This document shows positions 10,854-20,607 of a stretch of DNA of 35,171 nt, in pieces. Origin of the DNA: Erythrobacter sanguineus (GTDB lineage: Bacteria; Pseudomonadota; Alphaproteobacteria; Rhodobacterales; Rhodobacteraceae); contig CALRKX020000001.1 in the NCBI GenBank assembly GCA_943368305.1, positions 1 to 35,171 on the forward strand, written 5' to 3'. Each line of letters opens with the position of its first letter. The stretch's first letter is position 1. The notes under the pieces were generated by a model, which worked only from the letters and a program-made list of their open reading frames with translations, was not told where the DNA came from and did not search any database. The position numbers and the translations under genes are program-made.

Positions 10854-12302
10854 TTAGCGGCGGCCACGCGTCACGATCTGCCGCAGCAGCGGTACAAAGC
10901 GCGACCGATCCAGCAAAAGCTGCCCGGCGACATAGACTGCCACCCCCAGCGGAATGCAAACCGCAAGTTGCAGCAACGGACCAATGGCCAGATGTGACTG
11001 AACCGCCGCCACCGTGACGCCCATGACCGCCGCCGACAAGATTGGTCGGCCCAGAACCTTCACAACCTCCATCGAAGGTTGCCCGATAAGGCGCAGCGCG
11101 AAAGAACAGTTGATCGGCGTAAGAAGGACAGTCAGCACAAGTTTGCCAGCCACGACGGCAACGATCCCGTAATTCACGGTCACCAAAAGTGTGCAAATCG
11201 TCATCGTCGCGGAAAAGATACTCCACTTGAACTGGAACTTCGCCCAGCCCTTGGCCGAAAAGATCACACTGTTCAGATCATTCACCGTGCCAAACATGGA
11301 CCTGATCGTCGTCAGCCCCATCAGGACCGCCACCATGTCCCAACCCGGCCCCAACAGCAGCCGGACCGCCGGATGAGCCACCGCCCACAACCCGAAGGCA
11401 ACGGGAGCCATGACCACCATCAACCCGTGCTGCATAGTCAGATAGCCCCGCCGCATCCGGGCGTCATCCTCCTGGATGGTTGCCATGATCGGAAACATGA
11501 CCTTGCGGACCATCTGCACCGTGATCCGCAGGGGGGTGAAGACGATCTGGTCGGCCATCCGGGAATAGCCAAGATCGGTGGTCGAAAGCCGGTTCCCGAC
11601 AATGGGACGGTCGATCTGCGAACTGAGAAACTGCACGACGCCCGCGGCCGTAACATAGCTGCCATAGGACAACAGCGGCCGCAGGACGGAATAGCTGAAC
11701 TGCAAGCCGGGGCGCCAACGCGAAAACCAGGTGATGCACAGCATGGTCACGATGGGGCCTGCCATCATCTGGGCGATCAGGGCCTCTATCTTGAAGCCCA
11801 GCAGCACCATGGCCACAGCGACGGCCGAACTGGACACAGCCCCCGCAACCTCCGAGATGGTCAGATGGCCAAAGGCCAGGCGCCGCTCCAGCACGGATTG
11901 CGGAACACCCTGCAAAGCGCCGAAAACGAAAATCGGGGCTACCCACAACAAAGGACCAACAATTCGGCTGTCACCCATTGCTTGGGCGATCCAGGGCGAA
12001 AACGCCATGGTGGCAAGCGTCATCACCGCCCCGATGCCAAGGTTCCACCAGAAGACGCAATCCTCTTCCAGCTTGGTTACGTTGCCGCGCTGCACCAACG
12101 CGATACGAGTGCCGAAATCTGTCAGTATCTGGGCTATTCCCGACACGAAGGCGACCATGGATATCAGGCCAAACTCGGCAGGAGAAAGATAGCGGGACAG
12201 AACCCCGAGGACCGCTACCCCCTGAAAGGCGCGCAAAAGCCGCCCCGCAACGGTAAAGCTGGCACCCTTCATGGCCTTGGATCTGAGGTTCTGCTGCGTC
12301 AT
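10854..12302 (-). CDS. wzx: Wzx-type polysaccharide flippase (WzxC-like)
   Basis: LSRYLSPAEFGL, DFGTRIALVQR, many TM helices, VMFP, LLLGPGW; start at MTQQNLRSK. Confidence 0.88.
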   Translation of the reverse strand: MTQQNLRSKAMKGASFTVAGRLLRAFQGVAVLGVLSRYLSPAEFGLISMVAFVSGIAQILTDFGTRIALVQRGNVTKLEEDCVFWWNLGIGAVMTLATMAFSPWIAQAMGDSRIVGPLLWVAPIFVFGALQGVPQSVLERRLAFGHLTISEVAGAVSSSAVAVAMVLLGFKIEALIAQMMAGPIVTMLCITWFSRWRPGLQFSYSVLRPLLSYGSYVTAAGVVQFLSSQIDRPIVGNRLSTTDLGYSRMADQIVFTPLRITVQMVRKVMFPIMATIQEDDARMRRGYLTMQHGLMVVMAPVAFGLWAVAHPAVRLLLGPGWDMVAVLMGLTTIRSMFGTVNDLNSVIFSAKGWAKFQFKWSIFSATMTICTLLVTVNYGIVAVVAGKLVLTVLLTPINCSFALRLIGQPSMEVVKVLGRPILSAAVMGVTVAAVQSHLAIGPLLQLAVCIPLGVAVYVAGQLLLDRSRFVPLLRQIVTRGRR

Positions 12303-12348
12303 TTCCGGTGTATCCAATCGGCCTGTCCAACCACGGGCAAAGGCCGGA

Positions 12349-13374
12349 TCAAGCCGGGCCACCCTTGCATGACCAACGGAAACGATAACGCTTGGGCCGC
12401 AGATAATGCAGCAAGGGCGTAAGCGGCAGCTTGACCACGGATGACCACTGCCCTGCCGCCAGGAACAGACCCACCCCCTGCCACCAAACCCGATAGGCTG
12501 CAGCCAGGTGGCCTTCGGCAAAATAATCCCGCACCGTGAAGGCCACCGTACGGGCAAGGGCCAGATTGCGTTTGCCCGCAGGGCCTGGGTAAAGACCCGC
12601 CCTGTTGCGGTCGATCAGAAACCTTGTGCGCACATAGCGGATTGCATCGCCCGAATTGGTCTGCGTGACGCTTCCCGGCTGGCTTTGCCGATAGCCCATC
12701 ATGGCCGGCTGACCGATGACCAGAACAGGCCCGCATTCATTCGCGCGATAAAATAGATCGGTGTCCTCACTGTGACGCACCGCGCCGGTAAAGCCGCCCA
12801 ATGCCTGGAACACAGATCGCCGGAAGCCGACATTGCACGACGATACCGTTGTGATGGGATCGTCCAGGCGCATATCCAGAAGCGTATCATGCAGGCGCAG
12901 GGCCACGGGGGCCGCCCTCAACCGATCAAGCTCTGCAATATCATGGAAACGAACCGCTTCGATGAACAGGACCGTTGCCCTGGCCGCCTCGGGGCGAGCC
13001 AGCACATCTTTCATGACATCAACGCTCCAGGGCAGCCAGATGTCGTCACTGTCATGAAAAACAACCCAGTCATTTCGCGCCTCGTCCATACCGCGGTTTC
13101 GCGCAGGACCAGGGCCGCTGTTCGACTGCACCACAAGCCGGATGGTCGCCCCCCGGCTTTGCTTCGCCAAGGCCCTGACAACCTCTGGCGTCTCATCGGT
13201 CGAACCATCGTCCACCACGACAACATCCAGACCAGATGCTTCCGGCAGAAGGAAAGGGGCCAGACAAGCCCTAACATGATCCGGTCGATTATAGACCGGG
13301 ATCACAACCGAAAAGCTGCCCTCTGCTCCATCTGGCGATACGGCCTTGCGGGCATCTGGATCAAAACTGGCCAA
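12349..13374 (-). CDS. glycosyltransferase family 2
   Basis: SVVIPVYNR, VVDDGSTD, NSGPGPARNRG, FHDSDD, EDTDL. Confidence 0.9.
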   Translation of the reverse strand: MASFDPDARKAVSPDGAEGSFSVVIPVYNRPDHVRACLAPFLLPEASGLDVVVVDDGSTDETPEVVRALAKQSRGATIRLVVQSNSGPGPARNRGMDEARNDWVVFHDSDDIWLPWSVDVMKDVLARPEAARATVLFIEAVRFHDIAELDRLRAAPVALRLHDTLLDMRLDDPITTVSSCNVGFRRSVFQALGGFTGAVRHSEDTDLFYRANECGPVLVIGQPAMMGYRQSQPGSVTQTNSGDAIRYVRTRFLIDRNRAGLYPGPAGKRNLALARTVAFTVRDYFAEGHLAAAYRVWWQGVGLFLAAGQWSSVVKLPLTPLLHYLRPKRYRFRWSCKGGPA

Positions 13375-13455
13375 CAGCGCATACTTTCCTTCAAATCACG
13401 CCTGAACACTATCAGCCCTCGCACACGACTGTCGATACTGCGGCGCAGCATGCTG

Positions 13456-14562
13456 TCAGCCTGTGGTTTTCTGCAAGTGTCCGGCGACATAGACGGGCCT
13501 GCGCAGCACCTTGCGATAAAAAGGTTGCTCAACCCAGCGGGTACACATCCAGGCCATCGGGATCGAAAGAGCAAAGGTAAAGACCGCCAGCAGGCCCAGG
13601 TAGCTCCAGCGATCAAGACTCTGGCCGTTCAGCAGGTACATCCCCAAGTAAAGCGGCGTCATGTGCAGCAGATACAACGAATATGAAAGGTGCCCCAGCC
13701 ACAGCATGGGGCGCGACGACAGCCATGCAATGGGGCGTCGTGACGCCCCTCGATCACGCACCAACAGCAACCAGCCCAGAACAAGACCCCAAATTCCGAT
13801 GGCCATGTCAGCCAGGAGGCAAGCCGCAATCGCCACCCCCGCCACAGAAAGCGGAGTGAGCCAGCCCTGCCCCGCCCAATCTCGTCGCCAGCAGACAAAG
13901 CTGGCAATGCCCAAACCGAAATAGGGGGCATAGGCTGCCAGGTTGGCCGGGTTTGGCCAGTGCCGCAGAAAAACCCAGGCCAGCAGACAAGCCAGCCCCA
14001 CCGCCCACCGCCGCCAGGTCGCACCTGTCGCCAACCCGGCAAACAGGAGGGGAACCAGAAGATAGAACTGGAACTCGGTCGAGATGTTCCACGCCTGCCC
14101 CAAGAACGTATAGGCCGCATTCGGCAGAATCTGCCGCGGGATCAAACCGTGCAAAAGGGTAAGGTGCGCGACCACATGCGCAGGCAGACGATCCAGCCCG
14201 CTCTCAAAAGCCAAAAGCCGATCCGAAAGGCGCGCTCCCTCGAACGGGGCCTGCCTCAGCGCCTCGACAGCCAGAGGCGCGATCATAAGGGACAGCAGGA
14301 ACGCAACAAGGAAGGCCGGATATATCCGCAGCAACCTGCCCCGGATGAACTCTCCATAGCCCTGCCGGCGGCGATCCAGCATCAGGAATATCACGAAGCC
14401 GCTGAGGATGCAGAATATCTTCACCCGGATCAAAGACCCGAACAGCGGACCGAAAGGTCCAAAGGATTCCGAGGCAATCCCCACCGAGGGCAAAAGATGC
14501 ACAATCACGACCCAGACAGCCAAAAGGCCCCGCAGACCATCCAACTCCTTGATCTTGCCCAT
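13456..14562 (-). CDS. acyltransferase family 3 (OafA-like membrane O-acyltransferase)
   Basis: LDGLRG...VVIVH, FCILSGFVI, RLLRIYP, WNISTEFQFY, LGHLSYSLYLLH, WVEQP. Confidence 0.9.
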   Translation of the reverse strand: MGKIKELDGLRGLLAVWVVIVHLLPSVGIASESFGPFGPLFGSLIRVKIFCILSGFVIFLMLDRRRQGYGEFIRGRLLRIYPAFLVAFLLSLMIAPLAVEALRQAPFEGARLSDRLLAFESGLDRLPAHVVAHLTLLHGLIPRQILPNAAYTFLGQAWNISTEFQFYLLVPLLFAGLATGATWRRWAVGLACLLAWVFLRHWPNPANLAAYAPYFGLGIASFVCWRRDWAGQGWLTPLSVAGVAIAACLLADMAIGIWGLVLGWLLLVRDRGASRRPIAWLSSRPMLWLGHLSYSLYLLHMTPLYLGMYLLNGQSLDRWSYLGLLAVFTFALSIPMAWMCTRWVEQPFYRKVLRRPVYVAGHLQKTTG

Positions 14563-14641
14563 AAGACCACCCACAGGATTCCCAATCCTGCGGCGCCGCA
14601 GAATCTCCCCAAGGACTAGCCGGGAAACCCTTACTCAATCG

Positions 14642-14657
14642 TTAATTGAGTATTAAC
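14642..14657 (+). promoter_or_regulatory. CtrA-binding site (TTAA-N7-TTAAC) in a divergent promoter region
   Basis: TTAA-TTGAGTA-TTAAC exact consensus match; an extra TTAC half-site lies in phase at 14631-14634. Confidence 0.65.
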
Positions 14658-14826
14658 CATCTGAAGACGCTCTGCTCGAAGTGAAGATCGCAGGCAGATC
14701 GTCACGAAACTGCCGGTTTTTTGGGGCCTTTAGACTGGGATAGGCTATCAGCCATGTGTGGCTTGCTGCTCAGCAAACAGACACCTAACCTTGAGATAGA
14801 GTGAACAAGACAACAGATCAGGCCCC

Positions 14827-15330
14827 ATGACACAGCCAGCCCCCCTGAAATACCGCAAGATATCCCGCCAGGGCCTGAATTACTTCAAGGAGCTGCGGAA
14901 CGCCGTCATCTGGATTCGGCGGTTCTGGCTGGTAAAGGTCTGGGGCATGGATATTCACCCTGACACCATGATCTCGCTATCAGCCAAGCTGGACAAGACC
15001 TTCCCAAAAGGCGTGCACATCGCACGCGGGGCCCGGTTGGCCTTTGAGGTGCGCGTGATGACGCATGACCGGACACGCGGACTTTATCTGCACACCCGCA
15101 TCGGAGAGGACGCCTTCATTGGCGGGCGCAGCACAATCTTGCCAGGGGTCGAAATCGGGCAGGGCAGCATGGTGGCTGTAGGCTCTGTAGTGACGAAATC
15201 CGTGCCTCCGCGCACTTTGGTCGGCGGCAATCCCGCCAAGATCTTGCGCGAGGGCATCACGATCGTCGGCGGGCGCTTTCTGGAAGCCGATGCGAACGAA
15301 AGTGCCTTGGTCGAGGCTGGCCTGACCTGA
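14827..15330 (+). CDS. hexapeptide-repeat (LbH) acetyltransferase
   Basis: IGEDAFIGGRSTILPGVEIGQGSMVAVGSVVTKSVP..VGGNPAK. Confidence 0.88.
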   Translation: MTQPAPLKYRKISRQGLNYFKELRNAVIWIRRFWLVKVWGMDIHPDTMISLSAKLDKTFPKGVHIARGARLAFEVRVMTHDRTRGLYLHTRIGEDAFIGGRSTILPGVEIGQGSMVAVGSVVTKSVPPRTLVGGNPAKILREGITIVGGRFLEADANESALVEAGLT

Positions 15331-15344
15331 TCGGAAACAAGACG

Positions 15345-16073
15345 GTGACAGACCGCTGGCAGATATGGGCAGGCGCTCTGATCATCTTGGTCGGGATGGC
15401 TCTCTGGGGCCTGCAGTTATGGCAGCATCGGTTATCGCCTCCCGCTGACAGAGCCTTGTCTGCCACGGTCTCCCTTGAGGCATCACCCTTTCGCGTCACG
15501 CTGATCGGCACCAGTCTGACTTCGCGCCCAGGCTGGCCCGAGAGCCTTGAACACAGGCTGGCAAAATGCCTCGGTGTGGATGTGATTATCACCCGCATCG
15601 CCCGCGCGGGCATGAACTCAGACTGGGGCGTGGCACAACTTGAGGTGATCAATCAGACGAGGCCCGATCTCGTCACCATCGAATTCTCGGGCAATGATGC
15701 CGACGTCTATGATGGCATTTCCCTCGCCAAAAGCGAAGAAAACCATCGGCGTCTGATCGCAGGGTTACGATCCACCCGGCCCGATCTGCCAATCATCCTG
15801 ATGGTGATGAGCCCCAAATACGGCTTGTCCAGCCTGATGCGCCCCCTGTTGCCGCGCTATATGGCAATCTACCCTACCCTTGCCGCGCAGCTCGATACCG
15901 GGCTTCTTGATTTCTACCCCAGATGGCTTGTCCGGCCTTGGCGGGAAAGGGGTCTTCAGATTGACGGACAGCACCCCGCCCCAATTATTGCCGCAGAGGT
16001 CATGGTGCCTGTTCTGGTTGGCTATATCGGGCAGGCCGCCAAAAAGTCCTGTGGTGCATGGCGTACGAGATAG
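15345..16073 (+). CDS. membrane-anchored SGNH/GDSL hydrolase
   Basis: N-terminal TM helix; blocks IGTSLT, ARAG, EFSGND, DGQHP. Confidence 0.82.
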   Translation: MTDRWQIWAGALIILVGMALWGLQLWQHRLSPPADRALSATVSLEASPFRVTLIGTSLTSRPGWPESLEHRLAKCLGVDVIITRIARAGMNSDWGVAQLEVINQTRPDLVTIEFSGNDADVYDGISLAKSEENHRRLIAGLRSTRPDLPIILMVMSPKYGLSSLMRPLLPRYMAIYPTLAAQLDTGLLDFYPRWLVRPWRERGLQIDGQHPAPIIAAEVMVPVLVGYIGQAAKKSCGAWRTR

Positions 16074-16224
16074 GTTGCCGCTGCGTAATTTGCGGCAAGG
16101 ATGCCTCACCCGCCCCTCAACCCGTCACACCCGGCTTGCTCCGCCGCCCCCCCTGCTGCATCCTTCTGCCCGAACACAAGGCGGGCCACCGCCGGAACAA
16201 CAGCCGGAAACCGGCAGCAGGCAC

Positions 16225-17685
16225 ATGGACCGACATCGCATGGCGCCGCCGCGCCAAGCCCGTCGCCTCAGGGGGCGACCTCTTGCCTTCTCTGCCCTGG
16301 CGTTGGCCACGGCACTGGCTGCCTGTGCGCAACAGGAAGGCTACAAGACCCCGCATTTCCCCTTTTTAGGCTCTTATTCGCAACGAAAGGCCGCCCCCGT
16401 TCTGCTCTCGAATGCCGAATGGTGGCACGGGTTCCAGGACCCGGTGCTGGACCAACTGGCGACCGAGGCGCTGGGGGCGAACCTGTCGATCGCCGGGGCG
16501 AAGGAGCGGGTGGTCGAGGCCCGCGCCCAGGAACGCGGCGTGCCTGACCGGGCGGCGCTGTCCGCCTCGGTGACAGGCCAGCAGCAGGGCACAACCGGGG
16601 GCGGCGTGACCTCTTCCACCGAGGGCGATCTGGGGCTTTCCTGGATGCTGGACCCTTATGGCGAACGGCGCGCCCGCAAGGCCGCCGCTGCCGCCCGGGT
16701 CGAGGCGAGCGATGCCGAGACGGATGCCGCCCGCCTTCTGGTGCTTTACAACCTGTGCAACGCCTATGTGGACCTGCGCTATCAGCAACGCCTTCTGACG
16801 CTGCGCCAGCAGGAAATCACCAGCCGCCGCAGCACGCTTTCCCTTGCACAGAGCCTGTTTGATACGAGTTCCGGCACGAAACTGGATGTCACGCGCACCA
16901 AGGCCGAACTGGCCCAGGCCCAGGCCGACCTGCCGCTGATCGAGGCGGCAATCCGCGTTCAACAGAACCGGATCGCCGTGCTGGCAGGCCGCCAGCCCGG
17001 CACGCCCGGCCCCGAAACCGGCCCTGCCAAGGGCCAGCCGCACAGCCGGATGAGCACCGATATCGGCATTCCCGCCGATCTTCTGCGCAACCGCCCCGAC
17101 ATCCGCATCGCCGAACGGCTTTACTATGCCGCCGTCAGCGAGGTGACCGTTGCCCAGGCCGCCCTTTACCCCCGCCTGTCCCTGAGTGGCGCGATCAGCC
17201 TGACTTCGGTGCGCAAAGGTGGCACCAGCCGCGATTATTATTTCGGCCCCTCTGTCGCGCTGCCGGAATTTCCCAATGCCAGTACAAAGGCCGGGGTCGA
17301 GGCTGCCGCCTCGGCTGCCCGTCAGGCGCATATCGACTGGAAGGCCACCGTGCTGAACGCCTTGATGGAGGTCGAGAACGCGCTGGTTGAATATCAGGGC
17401 AGCAGCCGCGCCCTTGCCGCCACCGGGCGCAGCCTGACACTGTACCGAGAGGCGCAAGGGATGACGCGCGATCTGGTGAAATCCGGGGGCGCCACGGTGG
17501 GTGACCTGATCGATGCCGATCAATCGGTGACCAATGCGGCAAATGCCTTTGCCCAGACCCAGCGGCAGCAGGCGCTGGATTTCATTGCGCTGAACGTGCG
17601 GCTGGGCTCGGGCAGTGCGGCGGGCGAGGCCCCCGTTGCGACCCTCGTTGCGGCCCCTGCCCCGCCCCCCCCTCCGGGCGGTTAA
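16225..17685 (+). CDS. outer membrane efflux factor lipoprotein (NodT/TolC family)
   Basis: Lipobox LAAC; WWHGFQDPVL, GIPADLLRNRPDIRIAER, LYPRLSLSG, EVENAL. Confidence 0.88.
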   Translation: MDRHRMAPPRQARRLRGRPLAFSALALATALAACAQQEGYKTPHFPFLGSYSQRKAAPVLLSNAEWWHGFQDPVLDQLATEALGANLSIAGAKERVVEARAQERGVPDRAALSASVTGQQQGTTGGGVTSSTEGDLGLSWMLDPYGERRARKAAAAARVEASDAETDAARLLVLYNLCNAYVDLRYQQRLLTLRQQEITSRRSTLSLAQSLFDTSSGTKLDVTRTKAELAQAQADLPLIEAAIRVQQNRIAVLAGRQPGTPGPETGPAKGQPHSRMSTDIGIPADLLRNRPDIRIAERLYYAAVSEVTVAQAALYPRLSLSGAISLTSVRKGGTSRDYYFGPSVALPEFPNASTKAGVEAAASAARQAHIDWKATVLNALMEVENALVEYQGSSRALAATGRSLTLYREAQGMTRDLVKSGGATVGDLIDADQSVTNAANAFAQTQRQQALDFIALNVRLGSGSAAGEAPVATLVAAPAPPPPPGG

Positions 17686-18740
17686 ACCCCGATCCCCTGC
17701 CCTGCCAGCCAAGCCTGAAGCCTGTCTTTCAATCCGGCATCCACTCCGGGACCGGACAGCCTTATCTCGCCCTTGCGAAAGCTGAATGTGACACTATCGG
17801 GCGTTTTGTGACCGTTTTCCTGGGCACTGGCCGGGCTGGCCCCCTGCCCTTTTGGCGCGGGTTTCAGCGCTTGGTTCAACGCCTCCATTTCCGCCGCCGC
17901 ATCGGCAGGGTCAACTCTGGCAAGCCCCTGCGTGATGCTCGCAGCGAAACCCGGTTCGGCATCCAGCCGCATGGCAAGGGCAAGGCCCAGGCGTTCCGGG
18001 ATCGCCTCGGGGAAGCGCAAAGCGTCACCAAGCGCCGAATAGAGACTTAAAAAGGACCCGATCTTGGATCGCCGCGCCCGGCTGGCGTTGGCATAGAGCC
18101 GTTGCAGGGCCAGCTTGGGCGAAGGGAATACCCCCGCCTCGACCGCCTTGGCGGCGATCCGGGCGCGTTCATAATAGGACAGGCCGGCGCGGATCTCGTT
18201 TTCTTCGACCATGGCGACATAGGCATCGCCTGCGGTTTCCGGTCGGCGCAGCACCGCCAGCACGGTGGCAAAGCGGGCATCGCCGGTTTCGGCATGCAGC
18301 GCGCGCAGGGCGGAAAGCCGCCGCCAACCGGAAATCAGGCCATAGCGGCGCCCTGCCCCGGCTGTGGTGCCATGGTCCACCACCTCGATCGCCATGCGCT
18401 GACCATGGGCGCGCAGGCTTTCGGTCAGGCTCGACAGCGCCTCGGCGTCTACAGTCACCCTGTCACGCACCAGCCAGCCTTCGTCCACCTGATCCAGCGG
18501 CAAGGCCTGCACGAACCGCCCTTCGGCCCGGGCATTCGACACCTCTTCGGCCAGTTCGCGCAGCGCAGCCATGGCGGCGGCATCGGCCGCCTCGCGCGAG
18601 ATCGGGGCAGGGGCCACACCAAAGGGATACATCGCCTTGGTTTCCGGCGCGCGGGTCAGGGGACCGGCAGCATAGGGATCTGGCGGCAGGCCCGCCTCAT
18701 CCAGTTCACCCGGCAGGCTCAGACGTTTGCGTTTGGCCAT
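17682..18740 (-). CDS. parB: ParB partition protein
   Basis: SLRAHGQRMAIEV, LISGWRRLSAL (GxRR CTPase motif), MVEENEIRAGLSYYERA; downstream of parA. Confidence 0.9.
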   Translation of the reverse strand: MAKRKRLSLPGELDEAGLPPDPYAAGPLTRAPETKAMYPFGVAPAPISREAADAAAMAALRELAEEVSNARAEGRFVQALPLDQVDEGWLVRDRVTVDAEALSSLTESLRAHGQRMAIEVVDHGTTAGAGRRYGLISGWRRLSALRALHAETGDARFATVLAVLRRPETAGDAYVAMVEENEIRAGLSYYERARIAAKAVEAGVFPSPKLALQRLYANASRARRSKIGSFLSLYSALGDALRFPEAIPERLGLALAMRLDAEPGFAASITQGLARVDPADAAAEMEALNQALKPAPKGQGASPASAQENGHKTPDSVTFSFRKGEIRLSGPGVDAGLKDRLQAWLAGQGIGV

Positions 18741-18757
18741 CTCAAATCCCCTCGCAA

Positions 18758-18777
18758 ATGTTTCGCACGCGAAACAT
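18758..18777. promoter_or_regulatory. putative parS centromere site 1
   Basis: ATGTTTCGC-AC-GCGAAACAT palindrome between parA and parB; resembles the chromosomal parS TGTTTCACGTGAAACA. Confidence 0.72.
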
Positions 18778-18782
18778 CCCCA

Positions 18783-20165
18783 TCATTCCGCCGCCTGCTG
18801 TTCGGCCAGTTCATCGCGCCGCCAGGTGCCGATCAGCAGTTTCTTGAAGGCGGCATAGGTGGCATCAAACGTCTCTCGGCCGCGAATATAGGTATCGCGG
18901 TTGAAGTCGCGGTAATCGGCTTCGTAAATTCCGTTCACCTGTTCGCCCGCCTGCCCGATCAGCGCGGTAAAGCCCTGCCGGGCAGGAGACAGGGTGCGGC
19001 CCAGATAGGCCTGCATCAGCCCGGCCAGTTCAGCCTGCTGGTTGCCATCGAACCGGGTGACCAGAACCCGCACCGCATCCCATTCAAACGACAGTTCTGG
19101 CCGCCCCAATGCGCGGGCGGCGATATTCTCGCCCTCTTCGATGCTGGCAAAGGTGGAATGCAGCATGTCAAAGAAGCGGCCCGTGGAATCAAACTCCAGG
19201 AACGAGGCGCCAAGCGGCACCAGCAGGATGTCGGCCGCCGCCAGACCGTTGATCGTCAGATAGCCAAGGGCAGGGGGGGTATCGACAAAGATGATGTCGT
19301 ATTGCTCCAGCAGCCCGTCCTGTTCCAGACTTTCGGTCAGCGCATCCCACAGCTTCCAGCCGCGTCCCTGCATCCGCCAGACCGGAATCTGGAACTCGGC
19401 CCAGTAAAGGTTCAGCTGCGCGCCGATCAGGTCGATGTTGGGCCAGTGGGTCTTTTGCACAAGGTCGGGCGCGGAGACCTTCAGTGCCTCGGCCAGCGTG
19501 TCGTCGATCGGGATGGGCGGCTCGCCCCGGTCAATCCGGCCCTGATTGCTGGCGCGCAGGTGGCGGGCGTAATGGCGGGCGACCAGCGGGAAAACCGTGC
19601 CCCATTCATCGGCCACCCTGCCACCAAAGATCGAGGTCATCGAGCCCTGGCTGTCGAGATCCACCACCAGCACGCGGTAGCCATCCAGCGCGGCCGACAT
19701 TGCCAGATGCGCGCAGGTACTGGTCTTGCCGACGCCCCCCTTGAAGTTCGCCACGGCCACGATCTTCGCGGGCAGCCCCTTTGGTCGCCACGGCAGATAT
19801 TCCTTGGCCTTTGACCCTTCGGCGGCGAAATGGGCGCGCAGGCGCAGCACCTCATCCAGGGTGAACCATTTGGCCCCGCCCTCGGTCTCGGAGGCGCCCT
19901 GCGGCAGGTCGGGGTTCTGTTTCAGCACGCGGCGGAAATGGGCCTGCGCCACCGGAATCAGATAGCGGGTGATCTCCCACGTTGAAAACAGCCGCAGGGT
20001 TTTGCGCCCCTCATCGTTCAACCCTCGCCCGATCAGATCATCGCGCCCCCGGCCGCAAGCCTCGGCGATCCGGGCAAAACTGGCGGTATCGGTGGCCTCG
20101 CCCAGTTCTGCGAGTGCCGCATCAGGCTGAATGTTGAAATAGGGGGGAGGGGTGTCTTCCGACAT
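18783..20165 (-). CDS. parA: ParA partition ATPase with N-terminal HTH extension
   Basis: Deviant Walker A NFKGGVGKTS, DLDSQGS, VDTPPALG; long N-terminal region typical of type Ia ParA. Confidence 0.92.
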   Translation of the reverse strand: MSEDTPPPYFNIQPDAALAELGEATDTASFARIAEACGRGRDDLIGRGLNDEGRKTLRLFSTWEITRYLIPVAQAHFRRVLKQNPDLPQGASETEGGAKWFTLDEVLRLRAHFAAEGSKAKEYLPWRPKGLPAKIVAVANFKGGVGKTSTCAHLAMSAALDGYRVLVVDLDSQGSMTSIFGGRVADEWGTVFPLVARHYARHLRASNQGRIDRGEPPIPIDDTLAEALKVSAPDLVQKTHWPNIDLIGAQLNLYWAEFQIPVWRMQGRGWKLWDALTESLEQDGLLEQYDIIFVDTPPALGYLTINGLAAADILLVPLGASFLEFDSTGRFFDMLHSTFASIEEGENIAARALGRPELSFEWDAVRVLVTRFDGNQQAELAGLMQAYLGRTLSPARQGFTALIGQAGEQVNGIYEADYRDFNRDTYIRGRETFDATYAAFKKLLIGTWRRDELAEQQAAE

Positions 20166-20423
20166 TGAAAACCGGCCATGTGCTGTGTTTTTTTGAAAGT
20201 ATCACAAAACAGCGCACATGGAAGGGAAAGCCGCACATCGGCCCGGTTTCTTTTGGTTTTCCAAGCAAATTCCGCCGGTTCCAAACGGTTCTGACCTGTC
20301 CGTAAGGGGGCTGGCCAAAAAATCCTGATGTTAGATCCAGTTAGTATGTAAGTTACAGGCGCTTTGCCTTTGCGGGAAGTCCTGATTTTGCAGAGGGTTC
20401 CGGGGAAAATCTGAAGGGGTGGT

Positions 20424-20483
20424 GACTCTGAAACCCCGATCCTGCGATTCCAAACCCCCGAGACGCCGACTCTGAACCCCCGA
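20424..20483 (+). repeat. three iteron-like direct repeats with 22-bp period
   Basis: GACTCTGAAACCCCGA (20424), GATTCCAAACCCCCGA (20446), GACTCTGAACCCCCGA (20468). Confidence 0.78.
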
Positions 20484-20513
20484 AGCCGGATAGCCTTCGG
20501 ACTGGACGGGTCC

Positions 20514-20522
20514 TGTGGATAA
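20514..20522 (-). promoter_or_regulatory. DnaA box
   Basis: TGTGGATAA is the reverse complement of the consensus TTATCCACA. Confidence 0.75.
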
Positions 20523-20607
20523 CTTTACCCTGCCCGTCAATGAAACCACGAAACGAGTCGGCGCCCGAAACTGCGGGAAAGCGGACCGAGAGGGCAGAGG
20601 CAGGCAT

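Larger units (their letters stand above)
20325..20560. other. putative plasmid/chromid replication origin
   Basis: Between divergent parA and repA: AT-rich GTTAG/GTTAG/GTTAC stretch (20330-20356), three iteron-like repeats, DnaA box, four GANTC sites. Confidence 0.75.

Noticed and set aside
20424-20483. Repeats as a mini-CRISPR array
   Set aside because: Only 6 bp between 16-bp units, no cas genes, and position next to repA fits iterons
20515-20607. Upstream GTG start for repA
   Set aside because: GTG lies inside the DnaA box; ATG 20608 has a purine-rich RBS-like sequence and is close to the conserved LLPDRH motif
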